DNA from: Octopus sinensis
Lineage: Eukaryota
Assembly (NCBI RefSeq): GCF_006345805.1
Contig: NC_042997.1
Coordinates: 9,796,001 to 9,860,000 of the forward strand
Direction of reading: 5' to 3'
DNA length: 64,000 bases
The position numbers and the translations under genes are program-made. This document shows, piece by piece, positions 38,352 through 49,840 of this stretch. How positions within the stretch are numbered: position 1 is the stretch's first letter; every line of letters begins with the position of its first letter. The notes beneath the pieces are model-generated. The model was given only the letters and a program-made list of their open reading frames with translations. It did no database searches and was not told where the DNA came from.

Positions 38352-38865
38352 AACGTTAACCCAGTACAACCTGTTGCATGGTCGGGTCGTCGGCGACTAA
38401 ACCGGCAACCTCACCAAGCTTGCTTGGTGAGGAGGGTGTTTATTGGACACCCTGCGGGATGAAAAACAAAACCCGTCAAAGGGCGGAGGAACTCTTGAGA
38501 GTCAACGGCCATCCAATAAATGTCTGAAGGCTGGATCATGCGCGGGGACATAGAAATAATCGGACTGAATACCCAATCGCGCGGTTAAACCATTGGGAGT
38601 GAAGGACTCCTAGCCTTTGTTAGGGCATCCTTCTAGGAGAAGGTAACTCAGGTAACTGGGATAACTCCGATATAAAATCTGCGGCTCAGTGGTTACCGAT
38701 GATGTTGACTTGTTCTTCTTTTCGGATTATGGCTGCTGTTGCTTAGTGAGTGGGATTGACTCAGTGCACAGCCTTTCACCACTTCTGGCACAGGCATTGC
38801 ACGATAACAACATTGATTAAGCTTCGTGCAATGGCCATACTCGATAACGAGGGGGCAGCCACCAT
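38352..38865 (+). mobile_element. Isolated, hairpin-rich non-LTR 5' leader-like repeat
   Basis: GTCAAAGGGCGG...GTCAACGGCCATCCAATAA...CTGAATAC block shared with 20090-20170, upstream of the Dong ORF; multiple hairpins; no ORF follows. Confidence 0.6.
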
Positions 38866-39716
38866 GTATGTAAGTATGCATGCATGCATGCATGAATGTA
38901 TATATGTATGTATGACTCTTACAAGACATATTTGTTATACTGAGTGAGTGAGTGAGTGAGTGAGGGAATAAGTAGAAGAGAGATAGCAAATGAATGAAAA
39001 ATAGAGAAAGGGAATATGAAACCGATATAGACGGAGGGAATACTCTAACGTCAAGGACTTAGACTTTTTTACGAACAATCAGACAGCGTTTCAGCGTGAT
39101 GTAATACTAACTCAGTTTTATACACAGCTTCAGTCATTTGACGCCATGACAGAATCATTGTTTCCAAGCATAGTAAACTGCAAACGTCATGTCTGGTGGT
39201 GTGTACGTTGAGGGTAGTAGGCTGTAATGCACTTAGTATAAGCTCGCCAAGCACAGAGGATCAAAATAAGATTCGCTGCAAGATTTGTCTCATACAGAAT
39301 TTATCATTGACGACAGAAGCGAACTCCAAATGACGTCAGTGGAGTACTTATTATACACTGCATTATATTGTTATTTCGTTTTCTCAGTCGTAGACCCTGC
39401 CCCGGCCATTTGAAGCACGGCCGAACAATTGGTTCTTATATATCGGAAACACTAAACAATATATGTACTCGTGTGAACTAAGGTTTGAGAAACTAAATTA
39501 ATTTTGTATAAGCATATGAAGCATTCAGGATGCGAAATCACACCGAAACTCCTTTTCCAGTTGTTTGTTAAGACAGATAGAGCATGGCTCGATGTTTTTT
39601 TACATACAAAGTCTATAGCAAGAATGTTTTCTCCAAGACAAAATCAAGCCATGAATGTCTTTTACTTTCTGTTGTACAAGAACACGTTAGATTAAGTACT
39701 TTAATAATTCGTGTGA

Positions 39717-40051
39717 AGGCGCATGGTTCAGTGGTTAGAGCGTCGAGGTTACGATCGTGAGGTTGTGAGTTCGAATTCCAGACCGGGATGCGTGTTGTGT
39801 TATTGTGCAAGACACTTTATTTCACGTTGCTCCAGTTCACTCAGCTGTAGAAATGAGTTGCACCGTCACAGGTGCCAAGTTGTATCGGCCTTTGCCTTTC
39901 CCTTGGATAACACTGGTGGCATGGAGAGAGGAGGCCGGTATGCGTGGGTGACTGCTCGTCTTCCATAAACAACCTTACCCGGACTTGTACCTGGGAGGGT
40001 AATTTTTTAGGTGGAATCCCATGGTCAGTCATGACCGAAAGGGGTCTCAGC
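39717..40051 (+). mobile_element. tRNA-derived CORE-like SINE with tail type T3; 11-bp TSD
   Basis: GGCGCATGGTTCAGTGGTTAGAGCG...GAGTTCGAATTCC; TSD AATTCGTGTGA at 39706-39716 and 40052-40062. Confidence 0.92.
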
Positions 40052-40200
40052 AATTCGTGTGATTTTACTGTATATATATATATATATATAGGTACAATAA
40101 ATTCAGTGTGAATACTTGATAAATGTAAGCACCTGTATATGCCAGCTAGCAGCAGAAGTGAGAGGATATATGTGAGTGAGAAAACGGGATGGACGGAGTT

Positions 40201-40434
40201 AAAATGCGGAGAGCTGGCAGAAACGTTAGCACGCCGGGCGAAATGCTTAACGGTATTTCGCTTGTTACGTTGTGAGTTCAAATTCCGCCGAGGTTGACTT
40301 TGCCTTTCATCCTTTCGGGGTAGATAATTAAGTAACAGTTACGCACTGGGGTCGATGTAATCGACTTAATACCTATGTCTGTCCTTGTTTGTCCCCTCTA
40401 TGTTTAGCCCTTTGTGGGTAATAAAAAAATAGGT
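40201..40434 (+). mobile_element. SINE family A; 12-bp TSD
   Basis: TSD ATGGACGGAGTT at 40189-40200 and 40435-40446; A/B-box-like head. Confidence 0.92.
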
Positions 40435-40725
40435 ATGGACGGAGTTTTGGAGTCCAATACACCTATTTGATTATGAAGATTTAAAAACATACTTTCTCAG
40501 TGATATTCAGTTTACCTACCATTATAAATAATACCAAATGTTCTTTCTCAAACCTTTCATAATGTGATACAAGTCTTTGGTGTAGCAATTGCATGCGGCT
40601 GAAGAGGGCTTTAAATTACCTGTTATGTCGATTATACATTGATGTAAGAATAAGTTGTTTTATAAAGCTCGAAACATGTGTACCACGACATCCTTTGTGT
40701 CCTGTTTTTTATTTTATTTCATTTG

Positions 40726-40776
<51 letters not shown>

Positions 40777-40924
40777 CACCGTTCGTTACATCCTATACCT
40801 ATATATATATAAATACATTACGAAACATGTATCATAAATAATTATTTATGAATATCTAAAAGGCCAAACATGTAATAATAATTCATATAAAAGAAAAGTG
40901 CTTATAATTTTGAATAAATCACAA

Positions 40925-41027
40925 TTATAATTGTGATTTATTCATAATTATAGGCAATCTTCTTATATATATATATAGATATATATATATAATGTATGTA
41001 GTATGTATGTATTTATATACGTATATA

Positions 41028-41089
<62 letters not shown>

Positions 41090-41160
41090 GCATATATATA
41101 CACCTACGTGTATATGTGTATAGTTATAGATATATGATATATTTATAATCATATATCATA
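40925..41160. repeat. Degenerate (TA)n-rich microsatellite block
   Basis: Read directly from the sequence. Confidence 0.95.
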
Positions 41161-42171
41161 TATATATGTGTGTTTTCTTTGTGTGTATATGCGTGTATTT
41201 GTGTAGATATTTTTTTATAAATGTATAGAGTGAGAAAGACAGAGAAGAGGGGGAGATGGAGAAAGAGAGGAAAGGAGAGACAACGAGGGAGTGGAGGAAG
41301 ACTGAGTGAAAAGCGGAGAAGGCCTTTCATGTCTTGTGATACTGGTGCAGTTAATGTTGAATTAGAACATTTTCGATCGTCCATTGTAAGATAAATAACA
41401 TTTTGGAGGAAAAAGATCGTGCCTTATAGCTTGTGTGTTACTGAAAGTGGGGGAAACATTATGAATGGTGAAAGAATTCAATAAATAAATGAATAGTTTC
41501 AAATGCTATATTTATTACTTAGACACAGAATTGGTCGAGTTGTTCTATGAACAAAGGTTTTCCGCGTAACAGCCAGGTTTTTTGGTAGGGGAGGTAAATG
41601 TAGATGTGAAGTACTTTAAAGATGGTAGAGAGTTAGCTAATGCTACTGCAATTCTGCAATCTTAGTATATATGATCAGCAGAAAACTGTGATAAAGTAGC
41701 TTAACACTTGCAAAAGGATAAAAAGAAAAGAAAAACTGAATGTATCTGTTACTTGCCTTCTACGGGTAAACTGTGTATAAAGCTGCAAGGTATACTTCGT
41801 CAATAAGATTTGTAAATATGTCATGATGCGCTTGACAACGCAACCCAGTGGAATAAAGATATTTTATAAACTGATCGATCGATAGTTAGATAAAAGAAAA
41901 AAAAAACTAGGTACATAGATAAATATTTTATTTCATTCATGAAATTAGTAGCTTACACAATACGTTGCAAGACTATAAGATTATTTATTCTTAATTTCCA
42001 GAAGTATTTCATGTCTCATAAAAGAGGTCTCGGTTAGGTGTAATGTTATAGGCGTTTAAAATTTAAAGAGAGGAGAAGAATATTTGACTCTCTCTGTCTC
42101 TCTCACACTCTTTTCTTTCTCTCTGTCTATCTATCACTTTCTATCTATAATATATACATAGATACACACAC

Positions 42172-42240
<69 letters not shown>

Positions 42241-42242
<2 letters not shown>

Positions 42243-42526
42243 ATTTGTAAATATGTCACTTGACCCTGTTATCTCCCCTACTGTCCCTCTCGCGTCTGAC
42301 CACTGTCCGAAGTCAGGACGCCATGATAGATTGTTAGCTCCTACACGCATTTTTTTCTCTCCTTGTTTCTCTCCTTGTTTTTTTCTGTGTATCTTTCTGT
42401 CGAAGAACGTAGACTCGAAACGTAAAAGACTTTTTCTATTTCTATTCCTGAGCGCTATACTAATACATTTGTTTGTTTGTACTCCAACTGCCTTCGTCTT
42501 TTGTTTATTTTCGTAAACTTTCCCGT
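42241..42526 (+). mobile_element. Penelope-like pseudo-LTR fragment with a decayed minimal hammerhead, embedded in (TA)n
   Basis: TCTTT-CTGTCGA-A-GAAC-GTAG-ACTC-GAAA-CG-TA-AAAGA at 42392-42429; (TA)n on both sides. Confidence 0.65.
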
Positions 42527-42989
42527 TATATATATATATATATATATATATTTCAAACAATTATAAAGCGTGATTGCTAATACTAAGCGATCTTTGACGC
42601 TTATTACTACCTGATGAGGTTAGCCGTAACCTGGAATATATATGTCTGAACTACCACGGTATCCGCCCTGTTAATTTTAATCCTTGTACACTCACGTTTG
42701 ACCCACAAACGACTACGTAGTCTTGATCTTGTTTATAGTATCTTTAATTTCCTAATTTTTCTCTGAAACACAGTACACATAATTTTGTCGAATCGCATGT
42801 ACAATACTGTGTCTGTGCATTCATCAAAATGAAATTTCAGCGCAATTGGACGTGATTACACCTTTGGACGTAATGGACACGAATGCTCTATTATGACTAT
42901 TTCATAATAGATATGTGGCCTTCCATAGTAGACAAGTGCAGGTTTAAATTAACTTTGGAGAATGCAGAATCTCAACAGCCTGTAGTTTT

Positions 42990-43700
42990 GGGGTATTACA
43001 ATTCACTAGTTGATCACCAGTTTGAATTTTTTCCAACTGTAGATTATTCCTCCAAGTTACTAACAGATATTTGCTTCTGTGCATTATAAAATGTATATTC
43101 ACAATAAACAATGCCGATGTTCAAATACTTATGGTTGTTTTAATGATAGCATAGCACTTCGTTTTGAGGGTAGGGAGATGTTGACTTAGAACTAATTCTC
43201 CATAAAATACTTTGGAAACCTGGAGTCATCAAGTCGGATGACGTGAACACTCCGTTTTATATTGTACTTAATATGTTGAACCCTCATAAAGAGCTAGCCC
43301 ACCTTTGCCTTCCATTTTGTATCAGGAATAAAAGATTTCCATTTGATGTTTATCATAGGCTTTTGACACTTCTGATGAAATGTTTTGGGTATTTCGATGT
43401 GTAGTCGATACAATATTTCAAGTGGAGAACCTAGACATATGATGATGAAAATATAATTGACACAAATCTTGGTAGGCAGTTTTCAAATTCGTTTCTCCGG
43501 TGATCCAAACAAAACCAAACTTTTTTCAATCCTCGAATTGATATCGGTATCAAATGATCAATCCCTAAAGGCAGAGCTGTTAAAATATACAAAAGAATTG
43601 CCTACATCAAGTCTTGTCTCTCGGGCAATTGTATATTGATCTATATATAGCGTTCATGGATCAGGCGTAAACATCAAAACAGTTTTCTACAGACTAATTT
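42990..43700 (-). mobile_element. Degraded RTE (BovB-like) LINE fragment
   Basis: Minus strand FVYFNSS...DTDINSRIEKS...KLPTKI...FHQKCQKPMINIKWKSFIPDT. Confidence 0.65.
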
Positions 43701-45409
43701 TAAATCCAGAAGCAGTGCAAGAACTGGAGAAGACGTTCATTACACACTTAGTATCATATTTCATCAACGTTTCAGGTTAAAACTCTTTTGCAAAAGTGAG
43801 AATAGAAATCCATGTATAGAGTTTCAGAAAGTTATGATGGACTCATTCTTTCTGTACCTCTTGCTTAAGATCCCAATCATCAGGATACTACAAATTGCGA
43901 ACAATAGTAATAATTCTTTGGTTTAAATTTAAAACGATCATCAGTTATACGATAGTTGACAAAGATTTCTAGCTCACAGTCGTTAAATGCGTAAGTAATT
44001 ACAACTTGTAAGGTATGCGGAGAAGAAAGGTCTTACAAGTATAGCCTACTATTTACTGCCATGGTTCAATAGAATGGTTCCGAAGGAGCATCGTTAGAAT
44101 TCAAGATGTTCTTTATAAAATATATTTTGGAAAAACTATGTATTTTATCAAGAAACTATGGTGAGTACCCCAATTTTCCCAAGATTCTTCATAATACATT
44201 TCTAATTACAGTGTCAAAAACTTTTGTTAGATCAACATAACGTTGATTAAGAAGATTTTCTACGTTATCACTTCCTCAGCCACTGCCTGGCATAAAGTTT
44301 ATATATATGGTGTCTCTACCATATCCAAATATGCACTGAAGTTTTGAAACATGTATTTCTGCAGCTAATTCAGCCAATCTGGTGAATATTCCACCGACAA
44401 TTACAAATAGGGATGTGTCATGAAATTTATCAACTTGAATATGTGCCTATTTCTTGATACAGTGAAAGTATTATTGCATCACTGTAATCCTCCGAAATTC
44501 ATGAAATGTTACATACCTTGTCAATAAGTGTGGTCACAAAATCAACCACAGCATTCCCACCTAAGCTATATATAGAATATATATCCTTGGATCTTACCCT
44601 TATATATCGCGATATATGTACACACACACACACACATAGGCGTACTAATAACTTTGTACGTTTATATTGTGCGTGTGCATGTTCGTATGCATGCATTATG
44701 TAAATGTACATGTATATGTGTGCGGTGTGCATACGTATGTGTGTAAATGTGTATACGTTTCTGTATGTGCACATGTGGTAAGATCTAACAGAAAATAAGT
44801 AAGTAAAGATTTAATAATATATAAAATTTGTTCAATATTAATTAGAGTTTAAATTTCTAGTCAATTGTCAGAATACTTTGATAAATCATTTATTAAGCAG
44901 TGATAAACGTTACATCATATAATATCTATATATTAAATTTTATTCTATTTCTACTTATATTCTCATATTTCAATTTTATTTCTGTGTAGTATATTTCAAT
45001 TGTATGTAGCTTACGGGCGGTGGAATATTTAGAAACTGTCCAACAATTAAACAAAATATTCAAAAGTGCTTCACAAATCTGTTTCACAATAACTCCTTTC
45101 AAAACCCATTTTAATATCTCAATTATTCTTAGATCGATTTACGACCAAAACTAACACCGTTAAGATATATAAACTATATAAATACTTAAAATTTTATTGT
45201 TGTAGTTTAGTCCAAGATTAATCCTTATTTAGGAAACATAATTCTATTCTTGTCCTCTATATTTCGTTTTCAAACACAGTTACACATACTACATTACGCT
45301 GTGTCCTTTCCTAACACAACACAATGTGATCTAAGGGAGATTTGGCTACTATACTTGGCAGGTCAATAGACACCATATATTGTTTTAGATATTGTTATAC
45401 TGGCTCTAG

Positions 45410-45799
45410 AGTGGAGGCGCAATGGCCCAGTGGTTAGGGCAGCGGACTCGCGGTCGTAGGATCGCGGTTTCGATTCCCAGACCGGGCGTTGTGAGTGTTT
45501 ATTGAGCGAAAACACCTAAAAGCTCCACGAGGCTCCGGCAGGGGATGGTGGTGATCCCTGCTGTACTCTTTCACCACAACTTTCTCTCACTCTTACTTCC
45601 TGTTTCTGTTGTACCTGTATTTCAAGGGGCCGGCCTTGTCACTCTCTGTGTCACGCTGAATATCCCCGAGAACTACGTTAAGCGTGCACGTGTCTGTGGA
45701 GTGCTCAGCCACTTACACGTTAATTTCACGAGCAGGCTGTTCCGCTGATTCGGATCAATCGGAACCCTCATCGTCGTAACCGACGGAGTGCTCCTAATA
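45410..45799 (+). mobile_element. Full-length young tRNA-derived SINE (head X, tail T2); 11-bp TSD
   Basis: GGAGGCGCAATGGCCCAGTGGTTAGGGCAGCGG...GGTTTCGATTCCC; CpGs retained; TSD ACTGGCTCTAG at 45399-45409 and 45800-45810. Confidence 0.93.
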
Positions 45800-47122
45800 A
45801 CTGGCTCTAGCATTGTGAGGCTTAATAGACACACATACACACGTTCTCAGAAACAATTGTTTAACTGCTTCCTTAATGTAAGCAATAAATTCAAAAATAC
45901 TACATAAGGCTAGCTACTGATGAGTTAACTATAAAGTATGTACAATCATCGCTGTAGAGAAAGAAAACCAATCACCGTTTCAGGCTAAAACGCTTTTGCA
46001 AAATGGAAAATAGAATTACACATATGTAGTTTCAGAAAGTTATGATGGGCTCGTTCTTTTCGTCCCTTCTTTCTTTCTTTTGTTCTCTTACTTTATATAT
46101 TTATACTTCTTTTTGTCAAACTACTTTTATTTCTATGATCAATACTCAATTGTTTCCTGTCATCCTCTCTCTCTCTCTCATTTCTTTCAGAAGACAGTTA
46201 AGACTATGATCGCCTGACTAATTTCAATAACACGGTGTTGGTGTGTAACTATCACCTCTTTGGTTTGAGGTCTTTGCATTTTCCATCAATTATATACAAT
46301 AGAAGGTTATATATGCACCCATTAAAGCTATTATTTTGTAATTTAATAACTGAGACAATTAAATTAAGTACTTATCTATCTACCAGTTTATTTACCACTC
46401 TATCTAACCATCTAATTCACCTACCTAATTTACAACTATTTGTCTGTCTATAAATCTATATATCTATCTATCTATCAATTTATTCTCAAAAGATCGATTT
46501 TCAGTCTATTGGTTGCTCTCAACTTACAATCAACTCCTACCATTCCATTGGCAATACGGACGGCAACTTAAAACATTTAAATCCTCTATCTATGATCTAT
46601 TTCATCACCTTTTCACTGTCTAGGGAAGATGAGGACTAAGATAAAAAAGATAAAAAGACAAGTCTTATTCTATCTTTGTCAGTGATCTTCGAGGTTTAAT
46701 CATGATAATGCCTGAATTCATGATTTGATGCCAATAAACTTTCGTAAACGTTTTTTTTTTCTATTTGCTTTTACTTAGAAATTACTAATTTATTTTATTT
46801 TCTGATAATTACTTTCACTTCTCTAGGTCTCTCTCTCTGTGATTTTTTTCTTCTTCTCTTTACGTTAGAAAAGTAAGAGAAATAGAAGAAAAAAAGTAAT
46901 TCTTAACAAAATAAAGATAAGGAAAAATACTGAAATTATTTTCTTGTTATTTGAATATGAAAGTTCAAATAAGAAAATTGACTCATCTATATCTCGTTAT
47001 TAAAATGTATCTACGAATGATAAGGAGAAAGATGAGGAGAGATAGAGAGAGAAGAGATCAAGAATATCTATGCTAGAGATTGTGTGACTGTGTTTTACCT
47101 GAATAAATCAAAGTCGTTTAAA

Positions 47123-47149
<27 letters not shown>

Positions 47150-47154
<5 letters not shown>

Positions 47155-47760
47155 ACATCGTGGACGCCCAAATAGTAAGGAACTAAACATTCAGGAAAAT
47201 GATCAACAATGTATATTCAGAAACAATTGCATCCATGGGTAAGATATTTATCTTCCTGATAATACAGTCTACATAGCTGCAACAGGAATGTATAATCGTT
47301 TAGTACAATAACACTTCTCTTGAGAAGTAGTTGCTTTAATACTGATATCTAGGAAATCGATGGAGGCTTTTCAGTTTTCCTGTAATTTAAAGATTATTCT
47401 GGTTAAAGCAGTCCTGATGTTTTGGTTTGATAAACCCAAGGGAAACTTTTGATGTTTTTGTAACTCGCATCATGCAAATGAGTCAACACATTATTGATAT
47501 CAGCAATTTCCAGTGACATGTTGAAGATATATGAATACGTGTATGACGTTATTTTTATTTTTCAAATTTCTCTTCAATAAAAAATAAACTTTTACTGATT
47601 TGATATGGAGGATATTGCAACAGCAAACTGCTTCAGTCATAGACTCGGACAGTCAAATAGTAAATGTCTGTATCTGAAGGCGGATATATTTTCTGGTCAA
47701 ACCAGTCCTGATGTTTTGGCTTGTTAAACCTGAGGGAAACTTTTGTTTTGTAACGCATTA
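47150..47760 (-). mobile_element. Possible Penelope-like RT remnant with an internal direct duplication of about 70 bp
   Basis: FLDISIK motif on the minus strand; CAGTCCTGATGTTTTGG...GGGAAACTTTTG at about 47400-47470 and 47694-47760. Confidence 0.4.
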
Positions 47761-48379
47761 TTAATATTACATTATTAATATATATACATTAATATATACA
47801 TATATATACATATATATATATAAGAAAAATAGAAGTTGATAATGCATTGAGAATAGTTAAAATATTTTTTATTGTATTCAAAGATATAACCGGTTTCACA
47901 GTTCACACTGATTTTCAAAAATTTGAAACTGAAAGACATGGCTTATGTCGTAGTTGTTTTGCTTCTGACTAGTGTTTGAAGCTTGCCCTATCTTTATCGG
48001 GAGTTCATGACTCAAACTAGCATAATTTTTGAATAGGATTTGATTGGTTGAGAATAATCAAATGACTGGCTTTATAAAATTTTTGTAGGTTTCTCGCTAA
48101 ATAGAGGTTTCGGCTATTATGTCACACATCAAGTATATACTTTTTTAATCGATAATTTTGTTATATTGGGTTACTTCATTTGATTCAGACCTACAACTAG
48201 ATTTATTGGAATCTGTTTTTCACTTAAGCATTAGGTTGTTACACATGAAATGCCGCATTTTTAATTACTTGTTATTTCAGTCATTTAAAAACTCAATTAT
48301 GTATACCTTGCATTTATTCTTGACTCTTTTTCTTTCCCAACAATATTAGGATACAAAATTCGTACCCACAGACCCTATG

Positions 48380-48880
48380 AAAATCATAACAATCAAACTA
48401 TGTTGAGTGATTTTCTTGTATGAGTACAAACTAAGTCACTCTGCCGCAGAAGCTCTATGGAATATCAAGCCGGCCTTTGGTAATGGTTTTGTTGACATCA
48501 GAACTATTCAGAAATGGTTTCAAAGCTCTGTTCAGGAGATGATAGCCTTGAAAACAAACCAAGGGGTAGGCCAAAATCAGTTATTCGACATGATGGATTA
48601 AATGATTTGGTTGAATACAATCCGAGAACAAAGGTTCGAAAACTTTCATCAGAACTCCGAACGTCTCGTACAACTATTTCTGGATACCTGTAAAAAAATT
48701 GGAAAAGACAAGAAAATGGATAGGTTTGTTCCATATCAACTGAAGGAGATTTAAAAAAAACAGACGCCTCGAAGTGTGCTCCTAATTGATTTCTCGACTG
48801 GAAAAATACCATCTTTGCATCAAATCATTACTTGTAATGAGAAATGGATACTCTTTGACAACAGCAAGAGAATCACGTAA
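48380..48880 (+). mobile_element. Mariner transposase remnant
   Basis: IFLYEYKLSHSAAEA..NI..AFG....IRTIQKWFQ (HTH) and HQIITCNEKWILFDNSKR (WILYDN-like, first catalytic D region). Confidence 0.85.
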
Positions 48881-49594
48881 ACACTACCCAAACCCACCAT
48901 TGGTCATCTCTACTACCCATCCTATATCGATGTTTCTGTTTTCAATCTTATCTAATATCACGACCCTCCCAACCACTTTATTCAGTTGTGAACCATGAAA
49001 TCACTCTTAGAAATAGGAGATAAGTCTCAGGAAATCATACCTAATCGTATAAAAATAGGAAAGCCATTTGACCTAGATATGTCCTAAATATAAAAGAATA
49101 AAAGAGAATACTTGTTCATAGTTGAAATGCTGTAGATTATAGAGCTGTTTAATTAGAACTGGTCTAGTGATAAAGAACGATTGATTTATCTTTATAGAAG
49201 TCCCTCACGGCGAAATTAACAATTGATTATCGTTTTCCTTTAAGTCCTTAAACACAAATGCATGCATTTTTGTCGTGTTTTACTCATCCGCACGCACATA
49301 TTCTTGAGCTGTCGTATTTGCAGTCTGCGAATACTTCCTAGGTGAATACGTTTGATCTGCTTAACCTGTGAGGGTTGGTCGATACCTTGGAACCCAGTAC
49401 GTCACTGGTGCTTTACTTTGCTCTATCAAGTCTGAACGTATTAAACAGCATGTTGATTCCGACATGAGTTGAACACATCATCTAACGAGCCGAAACAAAT
49501 ACCGTAAAGTACATTTCAGATGATCTAACAATTCCCTCAATCTTTCACCAACACCACAACCACAACAACAAACCAAACATTAATAATATAATGA

Positions 49595-49802
49595 TTTCAA
49601 ATTTTGGCACAAAGCCAGCAATTTCAAGTAAGGAGGTATGTCAATTAAATCGATCCCAGTGCTTAACTGGTACTTATTTAATCGACCTCGAAATGATGAA
49701 AGGTAAAGTCGACCTCGGCGAAATTTGAACTCAGGACAAAGATGGACGAAATATCACTAAGCATTTGACCCGGCGTGCCAATGATTCAGCCAGCTCGCCA
49801 CC
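49595..49802 (-). mobile_element. SINE family A (subfamily with a different tail)
   Basis: Reverse complement GGTGGCGAGCTGGCTGAATCATTGGCACGCCGG...GAGTTCAAATTTCGCCGAGGTCGACTTTACC. Confidence 0.85.

Positions 49803-49839
<37 letters not shown>

Positions 49840-49840
<1 letters not shown>

Noticed and set aside
40620-40700. GCTCGAAACATGT with upstream TTGATGT, hammerhead-like
   Set aside because: Core and stems are too degenerate to support a call.
42605-42640. CTGATGA followed by a GGTTA/TAACC hairpin
   Set aside because: No GAAA after stem II, and no stem I/III or NUH site.
45410-45490. tRNA-like sequences here and at 10170, 14300-14368, 37734 and 39717
   Set aside because: They are SINE heads that continue into SINE bodies (four of the five with TSDs) and lack complete cloverleafs; not tRNA genes.
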